From assembly GCA_038824035.1 (NCBI GenBank), contig JAWBBW010000002.1, positions 90,497 through 154,496 of the forward strand: 64,000 bases of DNA. Direction: 5' to 3'. This DNA is from Desulfurococcaceae archaeon. GTDB taxonomy: Archaea; Thermoproteota; Thermoprotei_A; Sulfolobales; Desulfurococcaceae. The notes under the pieces are model-generated. The model was not told the DNA's origin. It did not search any database and was given only the letters and a program-made list of their open reading frames with translations. Below, piece by piece: positions 1 to 9,388 of the stretch. The translations under genes and the position numbers were made by a program. Each line of letters opens with the position of its first letter. Within the stretch, counting starts at the first letter, position 1.

Positions 1-30
1 ATATAAAAGACCTGTTGAGGTGGCTTCGAC

Positions 31-318
31 ATGCCTAAGAAGAGAGAAAGCAGAGGTAGGCGAAAAGGTGATAAGGGTAAAACTGGGAACATGCAGTGTG
101 ATAATTGTGGCGCGTTAATTCCAGCTGATAAAGCTATATGCGTCACGAAAATGTATAGCCCCATCCCCCCTGGATTGGCAGAGGAATTGGAGAAAAAGGG
201 AGCAATAATAATGAAATACCCAATGAAGAAATGCTATTGCATATCATGCGCAATTCATTTTGGCATAATAAAGGTAAGACCCGAGGAAGAAAGGAAACCG
301 AAACCTATGCCCATATAG
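31..318 (+). CDS. rps26e: 30S ribosomal protein S26e
   Basis: MPKKRESRGRRKGDKG N-terminus, CDNCG and YCISCAIH..IIKVR zinc-ribbon motifs typical of S26e. Confidence 0.95.
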   Translation: MPKKRESRGRRKGDKGKTGNMQCDNCGALIPADKAICVTKMYSPIPPGLAEELEKKGAIIMKYPMKKCYCISCAIHFGIIKVRPEEERKPKPMPI

Positions 319-374
319 AAATAATAACGTTTTTAAATCACGCTATATTTCAGAACACATTGATAGGTGATATT

Positions 375-698
375 ATGAGCAGAGTTGTAAAAGTAGTGGT
401 TGTAACGGCAGATCATCATCCCTATCATAAGTTATGGCTAGAACTGGCGAAAAGGCTCGGCGAGAAAGTAAATACGCCAGTTGAAGTGAAAATGGAGGAC
501 TATGTATACCTAGTGGAACATGGTGATAAAGATGAGTTTGGCATGACATGGCTTCCTCAAATATTAGTGGAAACAGATGATGGCAAAGTATACTGGTTGT
601 TATCTCAGTTACCATTGAACGATAGATTACAGCCAGATGAGGAGAGAGCATTAGAGATTATGATAAACAAACTGAAAGAGCTTTCAATAGAGTTCTAG
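375..698 (+). CDS. conserved crenarchaeal hypothetical protein, probable thioredoxin-like fold
   Basis: ATG at 375 follows GGTGA RBS (the track's longer ORF from 231 overlaps rps26e); beta-alpha start with HHPYH and a WLPQ cis-Pro-like loop. Confidence 0.6.
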   Translation: MSRVVKVVVVTADHHPYHKLWLELAKRLGEKVNTPVEVKMEDYVYLVEHGDKDEFGMTWLPQILVETDDGKVYWLLSQLPLNDRLQPDEERALEIMINKLKELSIEF

Positions 699-770
699 TC
701 CAAAATTTCTTTTAAGACCTTATCTGATTTTTATTAACTGAGAATCAATGTTAAGCCCTGGAGTGGTATC

Positions 771-1250
771 ATGGTGATCGTTCCCTACGTTCCTACACCA
801 TACCCAGTTGTAAGGGCAATGCTGAAACTAGCTAGTGCTAATCAAGAAGACATAGTATATGACCTTGGGTGCGGGGATGGCCGCATTCTCTTAATAGCTG
901 TCAAGGAATTCAATGTCAAAAAAGCCATTGGTGTGGAAAAAGATTATGAAAGATTCAAGTACACATTAAATAGGGTTAGGGAAGAGAAACTGGAGGACAG
1001 AATTGAAGTAATACATGGAGATTTCTTCGACATAGACTTAACCAATGCTACTGTAGTAACGTTGTTCCTGCTGACATCAGTCAATGAAATGTTAAGGCCG
1101 AAATTTGAAAAAGAACTAAAGGAAGGTGTCAGAATTGTAAGCCATGAATTCAGAATCCCTGGTTGGAAACCAGAGAAAGTGATAGAAGTTAAAGATGAAA
1201 ATGGATTAACCCATACTGTTTATTTATATGTGAAAGGGCGTCACTTATAG
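771..1250 (+). CDS. SAM-dependent protein-lysine N-methyltransferase (crenarchaeal aKMT-like)
   Basis: VPYVPTP, YDLGCGDGR (motif I), VVTLFL and RIVSHEF motifs. Confidence 0.85.
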   Translation: MVIVPYVPTPYPVVRAMLKLASANQEDIVYDLGCGDGRILLIAVKEFNVKKAIGVEKDYERFKYTLNRVREEKLEDRIEVIHGDFFDIDLTNATVVTLFLLTSVNEMLRPKFEKELKEGVRIVSHEFRIPGWKPEKVIEVKDENGLTHTVYLYVKGRHL

Positions 1251-2014
1251 ATTTTCCTAGCAAAAATAATATAACCTGTGTGTCCAATCATTTTTGTCTT
1301 TGGTTTAACAGCGTTTTCCTTAACTTCGTATTCTCTAAGCATTATTTCATATGAGTGTATATCGTGAAATAAACCACTGTTCATCAACGCCAAGACGGTT
1401 TTCTCGACTTGGTTTATCGTGGGAACATATATTATTATTGGCGAGGACTCTTTCAAAACATTGCCCACACTTACAAGGGCATTCCAGGGATCCGGTATAT
1501 CTAAAAAGAACGCATCAAGTGGTTCAATATTAAATTTCTCCCGAATATCATGTTTAATTAACCTAACTCTATGTAGTAAACCAGCCTTTTCCAAGTTCTT
1601 AGATGTCGTTGAGAGTGCTTTTTCAGATATATCAAATCCATAGAGTACTCCATTTTCCCCTATCATGAACGCTATAGAAAGCGTCAATGCGCCGGTACCT
1701 ACGCCAGCCTCTCCTACTCGAGATCCTGGCCCTATTCCAGATAGGTATATCATGAATCCCAAGTCCTTCGGATAAATAATTTGCGTAGCCCGTTCCAGCC
1801 CATGTATATAGTCATGAATTAATGGCTTGTACAAAAACACCTTATCCCCACGACTTGTCTTTACCGCGGATCCGTATGGAAGACCGATGAGGTCACCAAG
1901 TCTTATAAATCCCTTATCAGTGCCTAGTATTTTATCTTTTTCAACCTTTACTATGAATTTCCTCTTTTCATCGATCCATACAAGCACTTGATCGCCATTT
2001 TTTATGACCTCCAT
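1241..2014 (-). CDS. trmI: tRNA (adenine57/58-N1)-methyltransferase
   Basis: RATQIIYPKD, EAGVGTGALT, LDIPDPW and HTGYI motifs of the TrmI/GCD14 family. Confidence 0.93.
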   Translation of the reverse strand: MEVIKNGDQVLVWIDEKRKFIVKVEKDKILGTDKGFIRLGDLIGLPYGSAVKTSRGDKVFLYKPLIHDYIHGLERATQIIYPKDLGFMIYLSGIGPGSRVGEAGVGTGALTLSIAFMIGENGVLYGFDISEKALSTTSKNLEKAGLLHRVRLIKHDIREKFNIEPLDAFFLDIPDPWNALVSVGNVLKESSPIIIYVPTINQVEKTVLALMNSGLFHDIHSYEIMLREYEVKENAVKPKTKMIGHTGYIIFARKIYK

Positions 2015-2028
2015 ATATTACAGGACCT

Positions 2029-2080
2029 CCTCAGACCCGGTGTCACACATCATTACTCAGAAATACCAGCTATCAGCATC
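2029..2080 (-). ncRNA. box C/D guide sRNA (predicted 16S h18 targets)
   Basis: Minus strand: ATGCTGA(C)-TAGCTGGTATTT-CTGA(D')-gta-ATGATGT(C')-GTGACACCGGGT-CTGA(D); two 12-nt guides, both complementary to the crenarchaeal 16S stretch GUCUGGUGUCAG...AAUACCAGC. Confidence 0.8.
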
Positions 2081-2132
2081 ACTTTATAAAACTAATAAAG
2101 AGAATTATAAAAATCCTGCTAATGGGATTGAC

Positions 2133-2603
2133 ATGGATGTTTTCATATTCACAATAAAACCGTTTTTTGCTCATAGGATATTCACAGGTAAAAAGAAATT
2201 TGAATTGAGGAGATACCTAGGATACGATGTAAAAACCGGAGATAGGATAATAGTGTATGTTAGCGGTAGAATTAAAGCATTTATAGGCGAATTCATTGCG
2301 GGAAGAGTGATCACGGGTTCTGCTGAATATGTGATCAAAACTGTTTCCAATATTCCTAATGCAGGCGTTTCGAACAACGATTTTAAGTACATAGCTGGTG
2401 CTACAAGAGCTATGGCAATAGAGATTGTTGAGCCCATGTTATATGATCAATTGATTGAACTAAAACAAGTGAGAAGAATATTTCCCGATTTCATGCCGCC
2501 ACCAAGCATGAAATTGATAGATCGCAACGATCCCATCTTGCTCTTATTGTTTGATAGAATGACAGCAAAGAATGTGAAAACAACAAGAGAAAAGTCTACG
2601 TGA
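2133..2603 (+). CDS. ASCH/PUA-like domain protein
   Basis: IKP..A..IFTGKKKFELRR (GxKxxExR) and GDRIIVYVS; start moved to ATG 2133 because the track's extension overlaps trmI and the sRNA. Confidence 0.8.
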   Translation: MDVFIFTIKPFFAHRIFTGKKKFELRRYLGYDVKTGDRIIVYVSGRIKAFIGEFIAGRVITGSAEYVIKTVSNIPNAGVSNNDFKYIAGATRAMAIEIVEPMLYDQLIELKQVRRIFPDFMPPPSMKLIDRNDPILLLLFDRMTAKNVKTTREKST

Positions 2604-2623
2604 GTGTTGTTTATGTATTGAAG

Positions 2624-2800
2624 TTAAGTTACTAATTCTGCTTCCTTAATCCATAGCTCTTTTTTCAATAAATCCCTTACAGCAACTCGTATTACTTCGC
2701 TCCTATTTCTATAACGTCCTATTTTAACTAATTCATCTATTCCCTCTACATACAATTCCGGCATTTTTACCGTTATAAGTCTCATTCTGGACATGGTCAT
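2624..2800 (-). CDS. ribbon-helix-helix (CopG/CdrS-like) transcriptional regulator, 58 aa, absent from ORF track
   Basis: Manual translation [58 protein letters not shown]; GGTGA RBS upstream; alternative ATG at 2794. Confidence 0.9.
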   Translation of the reverse strand: MTMSRMRLITVKMPELYVEGIDELVKIGRYRNRSEVIRVAVRDLLKKELWIKEAELVT

Positions 2801-2869
2801 CGTTATATCACCATATAGGTTATTGTGATACTGTATTGTTTAAAAACCACATGGCATATTCAACACTTC

Positions 2870-4348
2870 TCAATAAGTAATGATCTTGACAATCAATCTG
2901 GGTATATGTATCCATTTATTTAGAACATTCAATAGTTTATTCCTATCAGATATTATGTAGGCAACACTGTATGTCAAGTTCATATACACAAATGGCACCA
3001 AGTGAACACTGTAAAAGCTGTATTGTGTCCTACCCCCTAATATCCAAAGCCCTATATACCCTATTAGTATTGAAACAAAAAATAACCATATCCAGCCATA
3101 TTTTCGTTCAGAGAAGAACGCGGCAGGTGTTAATATTGTTAGTAAAAACAGTGAAGTAGACCATATTGGGTAAAAGCCCGAAGATAAAAGCACGCGGCCA
3201 TCTGGATATACATATAATGGAAAACTATTAATACCTAAAAACCATTCCCAGGGAGCAGAACTAATAGGGCAATCAGGCTTGTAACACTTTATACTTGTAT
3301 GCCATTTGAAAGATCCTAAGAGCGAATATTCAATCCAATTACCTAGACCCATGTACATTATAATGGGGATAGATACGACCGTAAGACAGATCAAGAACAA
3401 TAATACCGTGGCCAACACGTATTTTACGGTTGAATTGATCATCTGGTAAACACGTGGATTCGCCTTTAAGTCTCTCCTAACCATGAGTAAGATTACAGGA
3501 ATCAATGCGAAAAGCCCACTGAATTTGAATAGACCACCTATAATACCCATAACCAATGCCCATTCATATTTCCTATTAATTGAGAAATACATAACCAGTA
3601 AAGTAAACAACGCGACATATCCATCAAGTAATCCAATACTAAATAACGCCCTAGAGACCTGATCTGATAAGAGGAGGATGCTTGTAATCACACCTATCAA
3701 CACATTGCTTGTTAAACTATAAATGATCAAATATGTAAACGACACTGCAAGCGCACCCGCGATTATCACTGGTATTCGCCAATACATCGGTTGATCGCCT
3801 ATCGCGAACATGGTCAGTGCAATTATGTACTTAGCCAATGGAGGGTGTTCCCAATTTATATAGTTATTAATCCCATCACTATCCGGCATGGCCCATCCAG
3901 GTATAGCATCTTTTATTCCTAATGTATTGTTCAACTCAGCTAGGAACATTTCAACACTATCCCTGAGGCCTATTACATATATTGCGTTCTTTAGATTTTG
4001 GTAGAAATCGGCCAACTTCACTGTTACATTATACCTGGTTGTTAAGTCATTTATAAGCCCAGTGTCTATGTAATTACATATAACTGTAACGCTATATTCG
4101 TTCTCATGCATTTTCGGCTCTAAACGAAATAGTTTATATAATATAACACGAGCTGAGCCGACATACCATACCTCATCGGAGACGTATCCCTTGCCTCCAC
4201 GCGTGATCTCGGCAATAAATAAGCTGTGTGCTTGATTGTAATATATAATAATAGCTATTACAAACAAAACTAAGGCAATTATTGCGTTGTAATTACCTAT
4301 TCTTTTCACTATTCTAATTACTTCACTAATTACGCGCATATTGATCAT
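2870..4348 (-). CDS. GT-C membrane glycosyltransferase, PMT/GT39-like (dolichyl-phosphate-sugar donor)
   Basis: YVSDEVWYV and NWEHPPLAKY motifs, multiple TM segments, S.PWEW C-terminal motif; start uncertain (4339-4432). Confidence 0.75.
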   Translation of the reverse strand: MINMRVISEVIRIVKRIGNYNAIIALVLFVIAIIIYYNQAHSLFIAEITRGGKGYVSDEVWYVGSARVILYKLFRLEPKMHENEYSVTVICNYIDTGLINDLTTRYNVTVKLADFYQNLKNAIYVIGLRDSVEMFLAELNNTLGIKDAIPGWAMPDSDGINNYINWEHPPLAKYIIALTMFAIGDQPMYWRIPVIIAGALAVSFTYLIIYSLTSNVLIGVITSILLLSDQVSRALFSIGLLDGYVALFTLLVMYFSINRKYEWALVMGIIGGLFKFSGLFALIPVILLMVRRDLKANPRVYQMINSTVKYVLATVLLFLICLTVVSIPIIMYMGLGNWIEYSLLGSFKWHTSIKCYKPDCPISSAPWEWFLGINSFPLYVYPDGRVLLSSGFYPIWSTSLFLLTILTPAAFFSERKYGWIWLFFVSILIGYIGLWILGGRTQYSFYSVHLVPFVYMNLTYSVAYIISDRNKLLNVLNKWIHIPRLIVKIITY

Positions 4349-4480
4349 CGACTTTATTGAAACAGATTCTAGCCTTGATGATGTTGAATTAAGACAATGA
4401 CTTATATTTTTATTGATATAGTTCATAATCATGAGATTATAATGTGGTTCTGATATTTTACTAGATAGGCGGGATCTAAT

Positions 4481-5728
4481 ATGTCAAGATCGATTATCTT
4501 AGTGACATTGGCACTAATGATCATATCAACCATATTACATATGCCCGTAGAAACACAGGATATACTGTTTGGCAGGGTTATTTTACAACCCATATACAAC
4601 GATTTTTTGCAGCCATTATACAATGTGATAATAAGACCTGACCCCAGGCGAATTCACGAAATATGGCTCAACATAAATGCTTGGAACAGATTTATCAATG
4701 GTGAACGAACCATCATCTTACCATTTATGGATTATAAACCATATATTGATGGATATAGATTAATAGCTCCTCCTTTACATGGATTCCTAGTTGGCATATT
4801 TATACAAACTTCACTCCTGTTTTCAAACACGCGCGATCCAAATATATTAATTACAATTTGTTACATCCTTCAGGCGATCTCATCAACTGTTTGCATAATA
4901 TTGGCTATTAACTATTTGCTCAAAAAAATCGGGAAAGGCTTATATCCACTAATGATCATAACTATGTTGGTTTATGGAGTCTATAACATTGAGCCATTCG
5001 CATTATTATTTATCATATTATCCATGCTGAACTTTCTCGAGAACAAAGAAAATAAGGCAATACTATATGCAGGGCTCGCTTCTTCTTTCTCATATTTTGC
5101 TTTTGTACTTTTCGGTGTCATGATCTTCGTGGCATTGAAGAGAAATTTAAAATACAGCCATATATTATCCATATTGTTACCCTTGATTCCATATCTTTTG
5201 ATCCTAATGGTTAAACCTGAGTATTTGGGTTGGGTTATAAATAGCTTAATATCACCGGTATTCAATTGTAGTCTATACCAATTTGCATCAATTAAATTAG
5301 GAGATGAAGTTATGTTTAGAATATCTACCGGAATTTGGCTAACACTCTTACTAATAATTTACTCCATTCATCCAAGCGAGGGCGATATCAATAAATGGCC
5401 TGGTTATATTGCTGGTCTTTTAACACTCATGTACACAATGCACCCACAGACTGTTCCGCAGACGTTATTGCTTATATTACCATCATTGCTCCTCGCCATG
5501 AATAAAGATTCGAAAAATATTTTCTTGCTTATATTAACGGAGGCCTTGAATGCTATGATAATATTGTTATGGTTCCACGCTGGCTTTATTGCATCATATT
5601 TATCGCATATAGGCATAAGGGTATCTAGTAATCCTCTCTCACTTGATAACCCTGTTCAATGGATCGCTCAAGCTAGGAACGCTATCTTACTGGTGCACAG
5701 CGGTCTTTTGATCTCAGAAAACGTGTAA
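4481..5728 (+). CDS. polytopic membrane protein, GT-C (GT87-like) glycosyltransferase candidate
   Basis: About 10 hydrophobic segments; YND after first TM, PYID...APPL loop, PQT motif late in protein. Confidence 0.5.
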   Translation: MSRSIILVTLALMIISTILHMPVETQDILFGRVILQPIYNDFLQPLYNVIIRPDPRRIHEIWLNINAWNRFINGERTIILPFMDYKPYIDGYRLIAPPLHGFLVGIFIQTSLLFSNTRDPNILITICYILQAISSTVCIILAINYLLKKIGKGLYPLMIITMLVYGVYNIEPFALLFIILSMLNFLENKENKAILYAGLASSFSYFAFVLFGVMIFVALKRNLKYSHILSILLPLIPYLLILMVKPEYLGWVINSLISPVFNCSLYQFASIKLGDEVMFRISTGIWLTLLLIIYSIHPSEGDINKWPGYIAGLLTLMYTMHPQTVPQTLLLILPSLLLAMNKDSKNIFLLILTEALNAMIILLWFHAGFIASYLSHIGIRVSSNPLSLDNPVQWIAQARNAILLVHSGLLISENV

Positions 5729-5739
5729 ATAACAATTTA

Positions 5740-6450
5740 TCAATAGTTAACATCGTCAATTAAGATCTCTATATCTATACATTTCTCTATAATGTCGAGA
5801 TATCGTTTATCCTTAATGATCTTTGCATATGTAGTTGAAAACTCATTAGAGTACAATACTATGTTTCTTATATATTCGATAACGTATTTAATGATCTCGG
5901 ATATATCGCATTCTTTTATCTCCTCTTTCGCCATGTATTTTCTCCACGTCACAATGAATAAAGTCTCAATTGGTGTGGGGATAAACGGACCCAGTTGTAT
6001 TATCCTATCGATCCTTATGTTGTTTTTCACTAAGGCATAGTATTCTAGGTATTTATCTAACACAAGTACACCGCTCCAGCTTCTTAATGGAGGATTCAAC
6101 GATGTATCTTTAAATAATTCTATCCATTCCTTTATATCGATCTTACCATAAGCTGATGCCTTGATAACAAGGGATGATATCTTTACTGAGAGATCTATAG
6201 TTGCATTGATGTTTCTCATGTTCTTATAGCAAACGATTTCGAAATCATTACTACCATTCCAGATGAGATCTAAAATTTCACCCCATATTCTTACCAGACT
6301 TAATGGAATATATGTGTAGAATAAAACAGTGTCCTTGACACATACTTCGAAAGGTATAGGTAAATAATAACGGGTAGGGTGTTTAAAGATATGTTCACGG
6401 AGTTTCCTATAGCCAATTTCTGTTGGAGGGATCAATATGACCCAATGCAA
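5740..6450 (-). CDS. hypothetical protein
   Basis: 236-codon ORF with TTG start and GGAGGG RBS; no recognised motif. Confidence 0.6.
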   Translation of the reverse strand: MHWVILIPPTEIGYRKLREHIFKHPTRYYLPIPFEVCVKDTVLFYTYIPLSLVRIWGEILDLIWNGSNDFEIVCYKNMRNINATIDLSVKISSLVIKASAYGKIDIKEWIELFKDTSLNPPLRSWSGVLVLDKYLEYYALVKNNIRIDRIIQLGPFIPTPIETLFIVTWRKYMAKEEIKECDISEIIKYVIEYIRNIVLYSNEFSTTYAKIIKDKRYLDIIEKCIDIEILIDDVNY

Positions 6451-6614
6451 TTAGATCCCTCCTATGAGTTTTAGGAATGTTGTTTTCTCTAATCATGAGA
6501 TGGGGTATATTTAATTTCTTATTTGATTTCTACTTAATTATGGCTATAAATTCCTCATTGTAATTAAATCCAGGTTTTTAGATATTAAAACCCACATATC
6601 ATCTTAGATTCTAG

Positions 6615-6926
6615 GTGATATTATTGATCAGCGATGTGGATTACCCTTTAGAAGATAGAGAAGAAGTAGAGGAGACAGAGGAAATAACGGAAGAAGAAAA
6701 GGCCGAGGAAATTGCCGAGATCATTATTGATCAGCTCAAGGTATTACTAGATGTTACAAAACTATGGAGAAAAATATTAAAAAACGAAATCAATCTAGAG
6801 AGCCTGGAAAGCCTAGTTAAACCTAGTACTGCACCTGTCCTTGTTACTGTCGAAAAACCTTCTCCTAGAAAACGGAGCAGTAGGGAGAGGAAAAAATTCT
6901 CGAAAACTCGTAGAAAGAGGTCATGA
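6615..6926 (+). CDS. hypothetical protein with acidic N-terminus and Arg/Lys-rich C-terminal tail
   Basis: EDREEVEETEEITEEEKAEE start, PRKRSSRERKKFSKTRRKRS end; start codon uncertain. Confidence 0.6.
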   Translation: MILLISDVDYPLEDREEVEETEEITEEEKAEEIAEIIIDQLKVLLDVTKLWRKILKNEINLESLESLVKPSTAPVLVTVEKPSPRKRSSRERKKFSKTRRKRS

Positions 6927-7301
6927 ACGCGATTGATCAATCACCTCAATGCTTGAAAACCCTATTTCTTTTAGACAACTATGTAGGAAATCAACTGATA
7001 TTCTTCTGTCAAATACCAATTCAACATATTCCCCCTTATCTTCTATGAATAGTTTTAATTTCTGAATAGCTACATTACCTTTTATAATATCCGCCATATC
7101 TCTGGCTAAACTAATGTATTCTTCGAACCTTCTTCGAGATCGTTCGTAATATTCGTTAAAATTTTTTATGATCCTTTCTGCTTCATCCAAGTCCTTTGTA
7201 ACTATATGTTTCTTAATAACACCTATCAATTCGAGAGCTTTCTCGCGGCGTAGAGTTATCCGGGGACTTTTAGCTATGTCTATTATGATAACAATATTCA
7301 T
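6921..7301 (-). CDS. hypothetical protein
   Basis: 126-codon ORF, GGTG RBS, divergent from PCNA. Confidence 0.65.
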   Translation of the reverse strand: MNIVIIIDIAKSPRITLRREKALELIGVIKKHIVTKDLDEAERIIKNFNEYYERSRRRFEEYISLARDMADIIKGNVAIQKLKLFIEDKGEYVELVFDRRISVDFLHSCLKEIGFSSIEVIDQSRS

Positions 7302-7385
7302 TTAGAATACACCGTGACCAATAATTATTATTTTTTAACTTAAATAATTCCTTGTACTGAAATAATATTATTCGAGGTGAAATAA

Positions 7386-8138
7386 GTGTTTAAAGCAATT
7401 TATCCTAATGCAAGTAAAATGAAATACGTTACCCAGGCAATAGCGAAGATAACAGACGAGGTCCCATTCTACGCTACCACCGATTCCTTAGAAGCACGTA
7501 TATTAAGCCCTGATAAAACCATGCTAACTATTTTCAAGATCCCTAGTATAGCTTTCGAAGAATTCCACGTTGAAGGAGAAGAATTCTTCGTGGTCTCTTC
7601 AACGGAATTAAATAAAATTGTGAGAAGAGCGTCTAGAAACGATGTACTGGTATTGGAATTGGATAAGGAGAACAATGTGTTGAAAACGATATTTAGAGAT
7701 AGGAAAATAGGTGTTGAAAGGGAATTCCAAATCTCAATTATACCAAGACCGCAGGAAACTATACCACATCTCGATATAGATCTAAATGTCTCCGTTAGAA
7801 TGTTATCCGAGGATTTCAAAAATATTATCAGCGACTTGAAGATCGTTGGAGAAGAGGCGTTATTTATATATGATAAAAATAAACTAGTGATTTCAAGTAT
7901 AGAACAACAAAAAGAATATAGTTGTGAGCTCGTAGAGGGGAATCCATTATTGTATATAGCAGCATCTGTTGAAAAAGCGAGAGCCTCCTATAATATCGAC
8001 ATGTTAGCGATAGCTGTCAAACCAGCCTCGGCTTCAAAACAGGTGACAATATCGTTTGACACAGATAAACCAATGAAAATAGAATACGAACTGACAGGAG
8101 GAGGTCAAATAATATATTGGCTTGTTCCGAGGATATAA
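7386..8138 (+). CDS. pcn: DNA polymerase sliding clamp PCNA (one of the crenarchaeal paralogues)
   Basis: 250 aa; LSPDKTML, F.EF, SFDTDKPMKIEY and C-terminal YWLVPRI typical of PCNA. Confidence 0.92.
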   Translation: MFKAIYPNASKMKYVTQAIAKITDEVPFYATTDSLEARILSPDKTMLTIFKIPSIAFEEFHVEGEEFFVVSSTELNKIVRRASRNDVLVLELDKENNVLKTIFRDRKIGVEREFQISIIPRPQETIPHLDIDLNVSVRMLSEDFKNIISDLKIVGEEALFIYDKNKLVISSIEQQKEYSCELVEGNPLLYIAASVEKARASYNIDMLAIAVKPASASKQVTISFDTDKPMKIEYELTGGGQIIYWLVPRI

Positions 8139-8390
8139 TTATTTAAGTTGTTCAAGCATACTCGTCAATTCCCTGAGAAGTTTATCTCTCTCCTCTTTTC
8201 TAATTTCCTTGGTTTTCTCCATCGGTTTTTCAACTATTTTTATACTCCATACAGGGTTCTTACAAACTGTAAACCATTTCGTACATGTAATACAACAGTG
8301 TATATCGATCGATATATCGGGATACATACTACATCTTTTAGTGGGTCTATATGATCCACATATATCGCACCTATCCCAGTACAATGTCAA
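8139..8390 (-). CDS. small Cys-rich zinc-finger protein
   Basis: CDIC, CS, CCITC and C.NPVW followed by a helical tail. Confidence 0.7.
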   Translation of the reverse strand: MTLYWDRCDICGSYRPTKRCSMYPDISIDIHCCITCTKWFTVCKNPVWSIKIVEKPMEKTKEIRKEERDKLLRELTSMLEQLK

Positions 8391-8524
8391 TATACTTCAC
8401 CAAGCTAGTTGATTTAATAAAATACCTAATAAAAATATATTATGGATCGTATTTAAAGTCAGACCCGTATATATAATAAATTATAATAAGTATCGTTACT
8501 GATATATATAGATACGGTGATAAA

Positions 8525-9106
8525 ATGCTTTATGAAATAATATTCTATGGAAGAGGTGGTCAAGGAGCTGTGACAGCATCTCATTTACTAGTAGAGGCCG
8601 CTATGTATGAAGGAAAATATGGCCAAGGTTTTCCATTTTTCGGGGCTGAAAGAAGAGGTGCACCTGTTACGGCTTATACAAGGTTGAGCGACACACCTAT
8701 TCTTAGACATGGGATGTTTGATGAGGCAGATATACTGGTCATATTTGATGATAGTATATTAGATCTAGGTATTACCAAGAGAATCGCGTTACGTGATAGC
8801 GGCATAATAGTTATCAATACTGAAAGAAAAAACATACCACTAGAAAACGTGAATTCAAAAGGCAAATTCACAGTATATGTCGTGAACGCAACCAAGATAT
8901 CAAGGGAACTTGGACTAGTAGTGGCTGGTTGGCCACTCGTGAACACCGCAATGTTAGGCGCGTTTTCGCGTGCATCTAGACTTGTAAGTATAGAGAGCAT
9001 AAAGAACGCTATAATGAATTACTTTGGAAGTAAAATAGGCACGGTTAATGCCATGGCCGCTCAAAGAGCACATGATGAAATAACCTTACTTGGTGAACCC
9101 GTATGA
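8525..9106 (+). CDS. porG: pyruvate/2-ketoisovalerate:ferredoxin oxidoreductase gamma subunit
   Basis: GRGGQGAVTA, FGAERRGAPV and NTAMLGA motifs. Confidence 0.92.
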   Translation: MLYEIIFYGRGGQGAVTASHLLVEAAMYEGKYGQGFPFFGAERRGAPVTAYTRLSDTPILRHGMFDEADILVIFDDSILDLGITKRIALRDSGIIVINTERKNIPLENVNSKGKFTVYVVNATKISRELGLVVAGWPLVNTAMLGAFSRASRLVSIESIKNAIMNYFGSKIGTVNAMAAQRAHDEITLLGEPV

Positions 9107-9387
9107 ACGAAGTCAAGGCTGTGAATACAGCTGGTTTTAAGTTACCATTAAATACCCCTATGATAGGGGTAGCTGGTAAAACAGGGTCTTGGAGAGTTCA
9201 AAAACCAGCAATAGACATATCTAAATGCACGAGGTGTTATCAGTGCGAAATATTTTGCCCAGCTAATTCAATCATAGTGAAAGAGATGGGGGCAATCGTG
9301 GATTATGATTATTGCAAAGGCTGCGGTATCTGCGCTGAGGTATGCCCCATGAAAGCTATTCAAATGATAAATGAGCGCGGTGAATAA
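9103..9387 (+). CDS. porD: 2-oxoacid:ferredoxin oxidoreductase delta subunit (2x[4Fe-4S])
   Basis: TGSWR..KP, CTRCYQCEIFCP and DYDYCKGCGICAEVCP. Confidence 0.92.
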   Translation: MNEVKAVNTAGFKLPLNTPMIGVAGKTGSWRVQKPAIDISKCTRCYQCEIFCPANSIIVKEMGAIVDYDYCKGCGICAEVCPMKAIQMINERGE

Positions 9388-9388
9388 T

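Noticed and set aside
4376-4455. GATGATGT...ATGA...CTGA as a C/D sRNA
   Set aside because: No proper C' box or spacing and AT-rich guides without targets; lies in a divergent promoter region
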